Shown: positions 41,147-55,117, numbered from the stretch's first letter. The stretch: DNA of 64,000 nucleotides from Octopus sinensis (GCF_006345805.1 NC_043004.1:83204001-83268000); one strand, 5' to 3'. A program made the numbers and translations. The notes: generated by a model not told the origin, from the letters alone.

Positions 41147-44100
41147 TAGTTTTATTTTTATAGCGTGCTTTCACTTCACTACCGAGCGCAGCTCTGTGTG
41201 CCTTGGGTATGTGCTGTGATTTGTTGTGATGCTCTGATGGTTATTGTATGGAAAGTGTTCTGCGTAGGATGTGTGCAGTGCCTAGTAGTGCAATTTTCTG
41301 TATGATATATGTGTTTGTAAGTCCTGGTGTTTTTGTTATGTATTTGTCTGAATATTTTTTTATCATGCCTAATGCACCTACTATGATAGGAATTGTTTCT
41401 GTTTTCAGATTCCACATTCTGGTTACCTCTATTTCCAGGTCTTTGTATTTTGAAAGTTTCTCCATTTCTTTTAGAGACACGTTGTCATCTGCCGGTATTG
41501 ATACATCAATTAGAAAGCATTTTTTTTCTTCATGATCTCTGACAACTATATCTGGTCTGTTGGCCTTAATTTCTCTATCTGTGTGTATCGGCATATCCCA
41601 GAGTATGGTTGCTTTCTCGTTTTCTGTGACCTTTTCTGGTGTGTGCCTATACCATCTTTTTTCTGTTGTTGTTCCATAATGTTGGCATAGCTTCCAATGT
41701 ATGTAGGTTCCAACTCTGTCATGTCTGTGAATACATTCTTTCTTAGCCAGGACTGGGCAGCTAGAGATAATATGATTTATTGTTTCTTGTCCATCTCCAC
41801 ATATTCTGCAGTTACTTGTAATATTTCTTTTCATTACATGTTTTTGGTAATTTCTGGTGGGGAGGCTTTGGTCTTGTGCTGCAATTAAAAATCCCTCTGT
41901 TTCTGCTTTGAGTCCTGAGCTTCTCAACCATTGCTGGGATTTTTCTTTGTCTATTTCTTTTGCGTTTAGTTTAGTCCAGTATTTACCATGAAGGGGCTTT
42001 TCTTGCCATCGTTTTATCATGGTTCGTTGCTGTTCTATTTTTAGTTTGGATTTCATTTGTTTTATAGCTTTTGTTGTTTCTTCATCTTCTTCTTCTTCAT
42101 GTTTATTAGGTGGTATGATTTCTTGTTTGTATTTGTCAGCTTCCTTAAATACTGAGAACAGTTTTTTGTTTTGCTCGTGTTTTGCCGCTAATTGTATCAG
42201 TTTTCCTTCCTTCTGAAGTAGATATTTTTGCAGTCCTATGGTGGTTATTTTATAGTAGTTTGCCAGCTGTATAAGGCCTCTACCACCTTCTATACGTTGT
42301 ATATATAGTCTTTCTATGTCATATTTTGGGTGATGCATCCTAGATCCTGTCAGTATTTTTCTTGTTTTCCTATCTATTTTGGTCAGTTCATTTCGTGTCC
42401 AGTTAAGGATATTGTAGCTGTAACTTATAACTGGGACAGCTAAAGTGTTGATACCTATTATCTTGTTTTAGCATTGAGCTCTGTGTTTAGTATTGATCTA
42501 ACTCGTCTATAATATTCTTTTTTTATTTTCTCTTTCATTTGTGTGTGTTGTGTCTTATCTAGTTCATGGATTCCTAAGTATTTGTAAGTTTGGCTTTGGT
42601 CTAATTCTTTTATTTCATTGGTTTTATCTAGTGTGATGTTGTTACTCTTAACTAGATTTCCTCATTTCATGGTTACTTTGGCGCATTTTTCTAATCCAAA
42701 TTTCATATCTATTTCTTTGGTAAATCCATGAACTGTCTTTAATAGTGTTTCCAGCTGTTTGTCATTTGCAGCGTATAGTTTAAAGTCATCCATATATAAA
42801 AGGTGGCTGATCATTTTGCCGTAACATTCATATCCGCATCCAGTTCTATTCAGCATATCAGATAGAGGTGACAGTGCCAAGCAGAAAAGGAGTGGAGAGA
42901 GCGTCTCCCTGGAATATTCCTCTTCTAATTGGGATGTCTTTGGTTTTCATGAGTCCCTCTTTTGTTTGGAGGTGTAGGACTGTTTGCCATTTATTCATAG
43001 AGTGCTCTATGAATTTTATGATTGTTGGTGCTACTTTGTTAATGGCTAGTGTTTCGAGGATGCATGTGTGGGGGATGCTATCAAACGCCTTTTTGTAGTC
43101 AATCCAGGCCATACTGAGGCCTTTCTTCTTTCTGTGGCTGTCTTCAGTTACGGCTTTATTAATCATTAGTTATCTTTACAGCCATATGAGCCTTTGCGGC
43201 ATCCTTTCTGCTCTTCTGGGAACAGTTTGTTTTCGTCCAGGTGCTTGTTCAGCCTTTGCGATATCACTGCAGTAAATGCCTTGAACATAGTAGGGAGGCA
43301 GGTTATTGGTCTGTAGTTTTCTGGTTTTTCTGTTTCATTTGATTTGGGAATTAAGATGGTTTTCCCCTTCGTGAGCCATTCAGGCATTGTCTCTGGCTCT
43401 GCTAGTACGTTGTTAAAGTTTTCAGCCAGCTTTTTGTGCATTCCTGTTAGATATTTCAACCAGAAGTTGGGGATCTTGTGCCCAGGTGCCTTCCAGTTGC
43501 TTAGTCTTTGCAGTGCCTGGGTGACCTCTTCAGTTGTTATGGGGGTCCAAAGTTGTTCAGATGCCGAGTTTGTTATTCTGATACTCCTTTTTTTTGGCTG
43601 TTCGTTCGCCGACCATATTTCTCTCCAGAATTCTTCCAATTCTTCTGCCGTTGGTGCTGCAGTGACTTCTATTTTATTTTTTCCCAGTTCTTGGTAGAAC
43701 TTTTTGGGGTTGAACTTTTTGTTTTCTTCAAAGAAGCGTTGGCGTTTCTTGTACCGGCGGATCCTTTGTGCTTTGGCAAGGATATCTTGCTTCAGCTTTT
43801 CTTTTATTTCAGGCAAATCTTTCTCGGTGATGTTATATTTGCGGAGTATTTTTGTTCTCTTTTTGTTGGTTAGTAGCGTTGATTGTTTGCTGATTTCATT
43901 AAGAATCGACAGGTCTTTTCTAATTTTTTTTATTTTGCTTTGGATGTTATTTATCCACAGGGTTTGTTTGGGTGGTGGTACTCCTGTTTGGGCGGGTTTG
44001 GGTGAGTATCCAGCTTATTTTGTGGCTGCAGTGGCTGCTGCGTATATTAGGTTATTTAGCCCAGTGATATCACTTTTTTTTGATTCAGTGGCTATCAGTT

Positions 44101-45085
44101 CAGTGACGGCTAGGTTTATGCTGTTTATAATAGGTGTTGTTATTTTGTTTATTTTGATTCTTGGGAGGTATGGTCGGTGGTCCGTTTTGAGCTCTGTGGT
44201 TTTCAGTTCTTTGATTATTTTATTTTTTATATTATCATAATCATTAGGCTCCCCTTCGTTGTTTACATCGTGTTTGTTGGGAACGTTGCGTTTGTCTTCG
44301 TGTTTTACAGTTTCAGTGTTTATATTATTGGGCATTGCTGTGTGGCTTCTATCTACATTTTCCTGGTGTATGTTTTCTTTTAGGTGTTCTATTTCTATTT
44401 CTGATATTTTTTTTGTGTTGAGAATGTATCTTCGTACGTTAGCTAATTTATTAGGGTTCATTGCTGTATCCAAGTCTATATCTCTAGTACTTTCCTTCCA
44501 TATTTTATATGTATGTGTTGTTGTATTTTCATTTTTTGGGTAGAGTACTGCTGTGAAGTATGCGTGTAAGATAGAAATGTATTCCTCACGTGTCCATTTA
44601 CGTCTTTTGGGTTTTATTTGCGGGACATGAGGTACAAAGTCCGGCCCATTATTTTGACGGTCGTCATTTTCGTAGGGTACCGGTCCGTTTAATTCTGTTG
44701 TCACATTATTTCGCACGTGTAGTTTTTCGTACATTTTTTGTTGTAAGTTTAATGTACGTACCGCTCGATTGTTATTCTTGGGTTGAATAGTATCGATGGC
44801 ATTTAATTTCTTCGTAGTTCCTTTGTACATGGTGTTCGGGGTCGGAGATGATCGTGATGTTCCACGCATGTTTATATGTGTCGCGTTAGAGGCGGAGATG
44901 ATATCGAGTCAAAATACATCATTTCGTTTCGAAAATAGTAATAAATTTCAATTAGTATTACTTACTCGGATACAGTCCAATTCTTTGTTAGTAAAACTTT
45001 GGCTCCATAGGATGTCCTTGTTTTCGATGTTTGTGGATAGATTTCGGAGCTCTGAATTTTCCTTCTTACATCTTAAACGTCCCCG
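41143..45085 (-). mobile_element. Near full-length family A R4/Dong-like LINE (frameshifted)
   Basis: Collinear minus-strand ORFs 44015-44869, 43166-43816, 42858-43166, 42662-42880 and 41241-42338. 5' end cggggacgtttaagatgtaag. (TTA)n arrays on both sides. Confidence 0.94.
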
Positions 45086-45089
45086 TTTA

Positions 45090-45128
<39 letters not shown>

Positions 45129-45155
45129 ATTTTTATTATTATATTATTATTATTA

Positions 45156-45195
<40 letters not shown>

Positions 45196-45243
45196 ATTAT
45201 TATTATTATTATTACTATTATTATTATTATTATTATCATTATG

Positions 45244-45297
<54 letters not shown>

Positions 45298-45362
45298 ATT
45301 ATTATTATTACTATTATTAATATTATTATTATTATTAATAATAATATTATTATTATTACTAC

Positions 45363-45395
<33 letters not shown>

Positions 45396-45550
45396 CATTA
45401 TTATTATTATTATTATTATTTTTAATATTATTATTATTATTATTATTAATATTAATATTATTATTATTATTACTATTATTATTATTATATTATGAATATG
45501 ATTATTATTATTATTATCATTACTATTATTACTATTATTATTATTATTAC

Positions 45551-45581
<31 letters not shown>

Positions 45582-45620
45582 GTTGTTTTTGTTATTGTTA
45601 CTATTATTATTTTTATCATA
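45086..45620. repeat. Long degenerate (TTA)n microsatellite
   Basis: Direct reading. Confidence 0.95.
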
Positions 45621-45669
45621 TACAATATCGTGAGATTGTTGACCGAAACTATTGTTAAGTTGCAACAAG

Positions 45670-48300
45670 GACATCTGACACGAAGTACTTTGCTTAATAT
45701 ACGTGCTGTTTCAAGTAATGCCGAGTTTTGCAATACATCTAGATTGTAGGATATTTCTAAGGTTGCCAGATGTTTGTTCAGATTAACTCTCGTACCATCC
45801 ACAACTTAGCGATCTCAATTCTCAGGTCTCCATATTTATCAAACTTTTCTCTTTCTCTCATGATGACATGTTGATCTCTTGGCACTGCCATGCCAATTAT
45901 TACGCACTTTTGATTGCCCTTCGTGTAGTTGTTGTTGTCTTTGTACAGCTTCTATAGCTGGAGATGTACTACGGTGCCACCTGTTCACTTCCCGTCAACT
46001 AAGGTAACATCCCTTATTTTTCGAGCACTATCCAGAGTATTCGTGCGGCTCCAAGTAGTGCTATTTACTACAATGGCTTCATCCTTATTGCAGCCCCTAT
46101 TTTCTCCGTGTACTTCTCAAGATTTTTACTTACTGTTCCAAGGGATTCTACAATTATTGGTACTACTACCTCCTTTTTTTGCGACCACAACTGCTTAACA
46201 TCTCAAGCTAATCTGTTATATCTATCGAATTTTCTTTCTTCCTTATCGCATGTTATGTTGGCAGCTGGATATGCTATATCTATGATCCATCATCATTTGC
46301 TTTGTTTCTCTATTAACAATATGTCTGGTTTCCTATTCTCTATCTCATGGTCGCAATGAATCAGAAAATTCCATAGGATTTTTGCATTATCATTTTTGAT
46401 GATGCCTTCGGGTAAATGTTCGTACCACTTGTTTGCTCTGTCAAGTCCATACTTGTTGCAAACTGTCAAATGGACAATCCTTGTTATGATGTCATGACGT
46501 CTCCTATATTTTGTCTGGGCTAGTGGCGTACATTGACTGGTAATATGCCATACGGTTTCACCATTTTGTCCACAAATTCTACACTTATCACTTTCTGATG
46601 TGTTGTCTATTCTGCATTCGATGTAACTAGGTCTTAATGCTTGCTCTTGGGCAGCACAGATTAGAGTGTCCATTTCCGGTTTTAAATCACCTGTAGTCAT
46701 TCACAGCCATTTTCCCTCTGTCTGTCTTATTTTCATCATTTCTATAAAATTCTCCATGCATTCTTTTCTTTATTCATCTATTTTCAGTTAATTCTCAAGT
46801 CCTTATACAGTTCATTATCTTTGCAATCTTCCATCCTACACAAGCTTGATTTCTTACTTCCAATAATAGTGTTTCTGTGGAACTTTTTACATACCATGTT
46901 ATGTTCTTATAGTTTGCTCTAATACTGTGTTCGCATACAATAAGCCCTCTTCTCGCTCTTTCTCTTGGTACATACAGTTTGTCTGTGTCACCTTTTCCGT
47001 GGAGTATCCCATATTTAGTCAGCAACTTCCTTGTCTTTGCGAATAGGAACAATACCTTCGTTTCGAAGGTATTGTTCCTTTTTATCTGTTTTCATTGTTT
47101 TTGATAGTCTATTCTTCTATGATTATCTTCTCTCTGTTTCCCCCCGTTCATATTTTAATCTATTATTATTTTCCCCCGCGCACAATGAAGCCATTTATTT
47201 CAGGTCGTTAATCATAGAAAACGAGTTATTTGCTCATAGGTTTTTAATAATCTGGTAAAGAATTTTACCGTTGCTGTCCCCAGACTTTTCGCTGCTAAGT
47301 CTCTGGCATCTACGATTTTTGGTCCTTGTTGTTACTTTTTGTTCTCAATATTTCTTTCGCCCTTGCTTTTCCTTAATCTTCCCAGTTCCTCAAGGCATAT
47401 ACCTCTATGGCTTGTTTTCCTCCAAATATTTTACCAGCAAGTCTTTTTATCCTGTGTTATAAATCTTTTCTGCCTTTTTTCTTTTGGCGGGGATAACCTT
47501 TTACTGGACATAATGTTAGTAGTGATCTGTTGCTTTAGCGAGTCATTAGGACATATAATTCCATATTGACAGTCCTTGACCGCTGGTCGTCTTTCACAAA
47601 TGCTATTCTTTCTTTTCCATTCACACATAACACCACAGAAAAATCACTCCTACCCTTGCAGCTATGGTGTGTCTGAAGTCCCTAAATATAAGTCGTGTAT
47701 TCCTTTAACCCATGTATCAGGGCACACTGATATATTCATAGGTTTACACAAAGAATCCATCATGTGTTTTGCTTCTTTTCGGAGTTAAAGGTATAGGAAA
47801 TTGTGCCATAGACTATCCCTATTTTAGTTATATGTCAGGGAGAATTTATTGTACTTCGTGAAAAGAGCAAAATAATTATCAGCTTCCATCATTCGGAAAC
47901 CAGAGATTAATAACTTTTCTCTTCATCCTCTCCTGCATTGTTTCACCTGGCAATGAAATATTTTAAAATAGTCTAACGTGCTACATATTATTCATTCAAT
48001 TAAGACAGGTTCAAATATTGTCTCAATATCTGCAGAAGACGAAATTATGTCTCAACATTAAATAAGTTGTCGGTTCATTTAGTGTAGGGAAAGTGATTGT
48101 TTTCAGACTGCTGCTGTATATTCTAAAGATCTTCCAAATTATTCATTTGAGTATTGTGATTTTTTTTCCTATCAATTCTTTACTGATCTCTTCATTTTGT
48201 TACTTCTTACCCATTTTGCTTTAATATTATATTTCATTTGTTTTGTCGTTTTACTGTTTTGTATATTACCGCGTGGAAGACATTTCGGATGTGAAAATAA
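45670..48300 (-). mobile_element. Old RLE LINE of a third R4/Dong-like family (C), RT deleted
   Basis: ORF 46293-46700 (AAQEQAL, CRICGQNGETVWHITSQC, RRHD, KPDILL), end motif ALLETARILSKVL near 45700, a post-RT segment (KTRKLLT...DKLYVPRE) and a degenerate N-terminal region to ~48.2 kb. The 5' boundary is approximate. Confidence 0.82.
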
Positions 48301-48574
48301 AATAGGCGTAAAATAAATGTTTAAGGATTGTGAAAATAATTCCCTCTTTCTACGGTTTACCTAATGCCGTCATAATTACAGTCTGTTTTACAAGTACTCC
48401 AAAGATTTTTTCTAGTAATACATAAATTAAAACGTGTTTTGAAGGGAAATCGAGCGCAATAAAGATGATGTTGACGACGATTCGGATAATGAAAGTAACA
48501 AGAATAATGAGCTAAAAGTAGGAAATATATTGTTGCGTCTTGGGAAAGTATAATATTATTATAGTATAATAATA

Positions 48575-48958
48575 ACAGGAGCATTGAGAGAGAGAGAGAG
48601 AGCAAACCTCCGCTAATGCAACACCAACGTCTTTTCAAAGATTAGCCGGGGATGATTTTTAAAACGAGAATATCTGAAATAAACTCGACTGCTCTCAGAA
48701 CGAGAGTACTAAAAATGAACCATACCGCTCTCAAAAATAATTTTTAAAAAACAGGAAAAATAATCCAGAATCCTTGTCCGGTACCGGATGGATCCCAAAA
48801 TCTATTCAGTTCGTGTCAGTCACGAGGCCAAATATCCATGAAAATTTAATCCGAAACCATTCAGTGGTTCTTGAAAAATTTTGTCCAGGGACAAACGAAC
48901 AAAAACAAACAAACGCGACTGAAACAATACCTCCGCCTTCGCAAAAGCAGAGGCAATA
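48575..48958 (+). mobile_element. Putative non-autonomous Helentron-associated (HINE/DINE-like) element
   Basis: 5' aaacctccgc, internal (GA)n and (caaa)n, and a 3' hairpin cctccgccttcgcaaaagcagagg. The family call is from architecture only. Confidence 0.45.
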
Positions 48959-49089
48959 TTATTAGAATATTATTATATTTATACTAATGTAGCGACAAGG
49001 AAAAACTGAATACACCAATAATGAAAACAATCGCAAATAAAAATAAATACTTGACAATTATAAGACTGGTGCCAATAATAATAATAATG

Positions 49090-49132
<43 letters not shown>

Positions 49133-49137
49133 GATAG

Positions 49138-49439
49138 CACCGGGGGACGTTTAAGGGATTACACCGGGGAACGTTTAAGGATTACACCGGGGGACGTTTA
49201 AGGGATTACACCGGGGGATGTTTAAGGGATTACACCGGGGGACGTTTAAGGATTACACCGGGGGCCGTTTAAGGGATTACACCGGGGGACGTTTAAGGAT
49301 TACACCGGGGGGCGTTTAAGGGATTACACCGGGGGACGTTTAAGGGATTACACCGGGGGACGTTTAAGGATTACACCGGGGGACGTTTAAGGGATTACAC
49401 CGGGGGACGTTTAAGGGATTACACCGGGGACGTTTAAGG
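49138..49439 (+). repeat. Tandem array of 13 units (23-24 bp, caccgggggacgtttaag(g)gatta) at a LINE 5' end
   Basis: 12 complete units plus one partial, counted by eye. The last unit runs into the LINE 5'UTR (gtaagaaggaaaattcagagctcc). Confidence 0.95.
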
Positions 49440-52400
49440 TGTAAGAAGGAAAATTCAGAGCTCCGAAATCTATCCACAAACATCGAAAACAAGGACATCC
49501 TATGGAGCCAAAGTTTTGCTAACAAAGAATTGGACTGTATCCGAGTAAGTAATACTAATTGAAATTTATTACTATTTTCGAAACGAAATGATGTATTTTG
49601 ACTCGATATTATCTCCACCTCTAACGCAACACATGTAAACATGCGTGGAACATCACGATCATCCCCGACCTCAAACACCATGTACAAAGGAACTACGAAG
49701 AAATTAAATGCCACCGATACTATTCAACCCAAGAATAACAATCGAGCGGTACGTACATTAAACCTACAACAAAAAATGTACGAAAAACTACACGTGCGAA
49801 ATAATGTGACAACAGAAATAAACGGACCGGTACCCTACGAAAATGACGACCGTCAAAATAATGGGCCGGACTTTGTACCTCATGTCCCGCAAATAAAACC
49901 CAAAAGACGTAAATGGACACGTGAGGAATACATTTCTATCTTACACGCATACTTCACAGCAGTACTCTACCCACAAAATGAAAATACAACAACACATACA
50001 TATAAAATATGGAAGGAAAGTACTAGAGATATAGACTTGGATACAGCAATGAACCCTAATAAATTAGCTAACGTACGAAGATACATTCTCAACACAAAAA
50101 AATATCAGAAATAGAAATAGAACACCTAAAAGAAAACATACACCAGGAAAATGTAGATAGAAGCCACACAACAATGCCCAATGATATAAACACTGAAACT
50201 GTAAAACACGAAGACAAACGCAACATTCCCAACAAACACGATGTAAACAACGAAGGGGAGCCTAATGATTATGATAATATAAAAAATAAAATAATCTTAG
50301 AACTGAAAACCACAGAGCCCAAAATGGACCACCGACCATACCTCCCAAGAATCAAAATAAACGAAATAACAACACCAATTATAAACAGCATAAACCTAGC
50401 CGTCACTGAACTAGCCACTGAAACAAAAAAAAGTGATATCACTGAACTAAATGACTTGATATACGCAGCAGCCACTGCAGCTACAAAAGAAGCTGGATAC
50501 TCACCCAAACCCGCCCAAACAGGAGTACCACCACCCAAACAAACCCTGTGGATAAATAACATCCAAAACAAAATAAAAAAAATTAGAAAAGACCTGTCGA
50601 TTCTTAATGAGATCAGCAAACAATCAACGCTACTGAGCAACAAAAAGAGAACAAAAATGCTCCGCAAATATAACATCACAGAAAAAGATTTGCCGGAGAT
50701 AAAAGAAAAGCTGAAGCAAGATAACCTTGCCAAAGTTCAAAGGATCCGCCGGTACGAGAAACGCCAACGCTTCTTTGAACAGAACAAAAAGTTCAACACC
50801 AACCCCAAAAAGTTCTACCAAGATCTGGGAAAAAATAAAATAGAAATCACTGCAGCACCAACGGCAGAAGAATTGGAAGAATTCTGGAGAGAAATATGGT
50901 CGGCGAACGAACAGCCAAAAAAAAGGAGTATCAAAATAACAAACTCGGCATCTGAACAACTTTGGACCCCCATAACAACTGAAGAGGTCACCCAGGCACT
51001 GCAAAAACTAAGCAACTGGAAGGCACCTGGGCATGACAAGATCCCCAACTTCTGGTTGAAATATCTAACAGGAATGCACAAAAAGCTGGCTGAAAACTTT
51101 AACAGCATACTATCAGAGCCAGAGACAATGCCTTAATGGCTCACGAAGGGGAAAACCATCTTAATTCCCAAATCAAATGAAACAGCAAAACCAGAAAACT
51201 ACAGACCAATAACCTGCCTCCCTACAATGTTCAAGGCATTTACTGCAGTGATATCGCAAAGGCTGAACAAGCACCTGGACGAAAACAAACTGTTCCCAGA
51301 AGAGCAGAAAGGATGCCGCAAAGGCTCATATGGCTGTAAAGATAACTAATGATTAATAAAGCCGTAACTGAAGACAGCCACAGAAAGAAGAAAGGCCTCA
51401 GTATGACCTGGATTGACTACAAAAAGGCGTTTGATAGCATCCCCCACACATGGATCCTTGAAACACTAGCCATTAACAAAGTAGCACCAACAATCATAAA
51501 ATTCATAGAGCACTCTATGAATAAATGGCAAACAGTCCTACATCTCCAAACAAAAGAGGGACTCATGAAAACCAAAGACATCCCCATCAGAAGAGGAATA
51601 TTCCAGGGAGACACGCTCTCTCCACTCCTTTTCTGCTTCGGCACTGTCACCTCTATCTGATATGCTAAATAGAACTGGATGTGGATATGAATGTTACGGC
51701 AAAACGATCAACCACCTTTTATATATGGATGACCTAAAACTATACGCTGCAAATGACAAACAGCTGGAAACACTATTAAAGACAGTTCATGGATTTACCA
51801 GAGAAATAGATATGAAATTTGGATTAGAAAAATGCGCCAAAGTAACCATGAAAAGAGGAAAACTAGTTAAAAGTAACAACATCACACTAGATAAAACCAA
51901 TGAAATAAAAGAATTAGACCAAAGCCAAACTTACAAATACTTAGGAATCCATGAACTAGATAAGACACAACACACACAAATGAAAGAGAAAATAAAAAAG
52001 AATATTATAGACGAGTTAGATCAATACTAAAAACAGAGCTCAATGCTAAAAACAAGATAATAGGTATCAACACTTTAGCTGTCCCAGTTATAAGTTACAG
52101 CTACAATATCCTTAACTGGACACGAAATGAACTGTCCAAAATAGATAGGAAAACAAGAAAAATACTGACAGGATCTAGGATGCATCACCCAAAATATGAC
52201 ATAGAAAGACTATATATACAACGTATAGAAGGTGGTAGAGGCCTTATACAGCTGGAAAACTACTATAAAATAACCACCATAGGACTGCAAAAATATCTAC
52301 TTCAGAAGGAAGGAAAATTGATCCAGATAGCAGCAAAACACGAGCAAAACAGAAAACTGTTCTCAGTATTTAAGGAAGCTGGCAAATACAAACAAGAAAT

Positions 52401-53374
52401 CATACCACCTAATAAACACGAAGAAGAAGAAGAAGAAGATGATGAAGAAACAACAAAAGCTATAAAACAAATGAAATCCAAACTAAAAATAGAACAGCAA
52501 CGAACCATGATAAAACGATGGCAAGAAAAGCCCCTTCATGGTAAATACTGCACTAAACTAAACGCAAAAGAAATAGACAAAGAAAGATCCCAGCAATGGT
52601 TGAGAAGCTCAGGACTCAAAGCAGAAACAGAGGGATTTTTAATTGCAGCACAAGACCAAAGCCTCCCCACCAGAAATTACCAAAAACATGTAATGAAAAG
52701 AAATATTACAAGTAACTGCAGAATATGTGGAGATGGACAAGAAACAATAAATCATATTATCTCTAGCTGCCCAGTCCTGGCTAAGAAGGAATATATTCAC
52801 AGACATGACAGAGTTGGAACCTACATACATTGGAAGCTATGCCAACATTATGGAATAACAACAGAAAAAAGATGGTATAGGCACACACCAGAAAAGGTTA
52901 CAGAAAACGGGAAAGCAACTCTGGGATATGCCGATACACACAGATAGAGAAATTAAGGCCAACAGACCAGATATAGTTGTCAGAGACCATGAAAAAAAAA
53001 ATGCTTTCTAATTGATGTATCAATACCGGCAGATGACAACGTGTCTCTAAAAGAAATGGAGAAACTCTCAAAATACAAAAACCTGGAAATAGAGGTAACT
53101 AGAATGTGGAATCTGAAAACAGAAGCAATTCGTATCATAGTAGGTGCATTAGGCATGATAAAAAAATATTCAGACAAATACATAACAAAAACACCAGGAC
53201 TTACAAACACATATATCATACAGAAAATTGCACTACTAGGCACTGCACACATCCTACGCAGAGCACTTTCCATACAATAACCATCAGAGCATCACAACAA
53301 ATCACAGCACATACCGAAGGCACACAGAGCTGCGCTCGGTAGTGAAGTGAAAGCACGCTATAAAAATAAAACTA

Positions 53375-53378
<4 letters not shown>
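49138..53378 (+). mobile_element. Full-length family A R4/Dong-like LINE (several frameshifts, one premature stop)
   Basis: Collinear ORFs 49641-50114, 50174-51136, 51349-51660, 51662-52030, 52180-52947 and 53041-53280, then 3'UTR and (AAT)n tail. Confidence 0.95.
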
Positions 53379-53422
<44 letters not shown>

Positions 53423-53591
53423 CTATGACTACCCATGTATTTTAATTTAACTTTAAAAAAAACAAAAAATAATGAACGAACTAGTGAGTCTAGTTTAATG
53501 TCCTACCAATGTATACTATGAGTTTCTTTGCCCTAGGAGTCGGAAGACACTCGGCAAGAAATGGAAGCAAATTTGAAAGAAGGAAAAAAAG

Positions 53592-53642
<51 letters not shown>

Positions 53643-54163
53643 GTAATTGATAACGCACAAAATTGAATTTTTGACAGAATTTGCAATATTTTCTGTTATT
53701 TCTATTAGATTTGATGTCTTCATTTTTATCTTTTTTAAATGCTACAATTAATATACTGGATTTATAAAGAAAATTGGACTGATCTCCATTACTGTACGCT
53801 GTAAGTTATCATCATCACACAAGTTAAGCAAACGTAGCCGGTTCAGAGATTGTGAAAGAGAGAGTAAGAAAACAGGGAGAGTGAAAATGGAAGACAACGA
53901 GAAGGACAAGTGTTGAACTTGTGTACTCTGTTTTAGTGGTACTCTGTTGAATTTGTTTGGATGAGAGGCAAGGCTAATTTCCCCATGACATGGACACAAA
54001 GCGAAGAGAAGTGGAAGAAACGACAAAAGATCATTCCGTGTAGCTGACACGTTAAAAAGTCGGTCGTTTAAACACCTTTTATGGTGTTATTTCTAACATA
54101 GCAATTCAAATATAAGGCAGACTGGATAGCTTAGAGTTATGTAATAAAATTTATGCTACATAC

Positions 54164-55117
54164 CGATCTGTTTAATTGAATTCCGCACCAAAGCACTGCA
54201 ATCCACGCAGACAGACATCCTGAAATCACCACAGCTACATAAATATTTATATACATGTTATTTTTGAAGGTATCAGTTATTATTCCGTAAGTAGCAATGC
54301 AGCAGCTAACCATACTGCCGAACACGATAAATCCTGAAATATAATGCAGGGAGTCATTTACTAATCTCACTATTGAACTCAGAGCATCATGGGTGTTACA
54401 TATATCTGTAATCTCTCCATGGTGCGTAAAATCCGAGTTCGCTGATTGCTTTTCAGTTACATAAATCTGTGCTTCATTCGCCACTTTGTTAAAGTGACAC
54501 ATAAGAGTAACTGCGATTAGAAGATATATATACACATCACTTAATACGGATAAAGCTGATATAGAATTAAATACAATCTGCATTGCTAAAAATGGGATGA
54601 TGTAAGAGTAAGTATTTGGAACAGGATATTCGTAAAAGATCAACAAATCATAACTCAACAGCGGTATAATGAAATCCAGAGTTATACTCCCAATAATAAT
54701 TAGGCATATCAATATATACACTGATTTATATATTATAGGTTTGTTATACCAGATTCCATCTTCATCATCAATTTTAAGTCCAGCAAACTTTTCAATTAGC
54801 TCCTCGTCTCTAGATTTTCTGAACAGTTTTATGAATGGAGAGAGAGAAAGGAATAAACGGAAAAATATTATGTAAATATATAAAAACATTTTATCATTTT
54901 CGAGCGTTTTCAGTCGTATTAAGGAAACAATGTGACGAATAGGGTTTAGAATCAAATACATGTAAAAAAGTGCAAAGAAAACTTGTAGACAAACTGATTT
55001 AAGTTTGTTTGATTTCATCAACGATATATCGATTATTGATTTGCCACAGCTATTAATTTTTCGATAAACTTCGAGAGTTTTCAACAACTGCGTTTCATTT
55101 GTTTTCACGGTTTCCAT
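54164..55117 (-). CDS. GRL exon 5: divergent paralog, first coding exon, TM1-TM6, 318 codons
   Basis: Shares NPIRHIV, IIPLLSYDLLIFYEYPVPN, FNKVANEAQ, EITDICNTHDALSSIVRLVNDSL and CCIATYGII. Donor TCG|GTATGT at 54163-54158, after WCGIQLNRS. Confidence 0.8.

Noticed and set aside
48361-48511. Candidate private exon 2 for GRL5 (tttcctacttttAG|LIILVTFIIR...IFGVLVKQTVIMTAL G|GTAAAC)
   Set aside because: Splice signals are good and FGVL..QTVIMTALG loosely resembles TM7a. But the hydrophobicity comes from a GAT/AAT-rich opposite strand, it abuts an old LINE 5' region, and no homolog lies near the other exons. It is still worth testing by RT-PCR.
49138-49439. CRISPR-like or telomeric interpretation of the 24-bp array
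   Set aside because: There are no unique spacers or cas genes and the context is eukaryotic. The unit is the LINE 5' end, and ttaaggg is not a TTAGGG array.
53933-54043. Candidate short exon 2 for GRL5 (gtgtcAG|LHGMIFCRFF...LIQTNSTEYH*)
   Set aside because: Too short to complete TM7, no TY motif, and not conserved near other paralogs.
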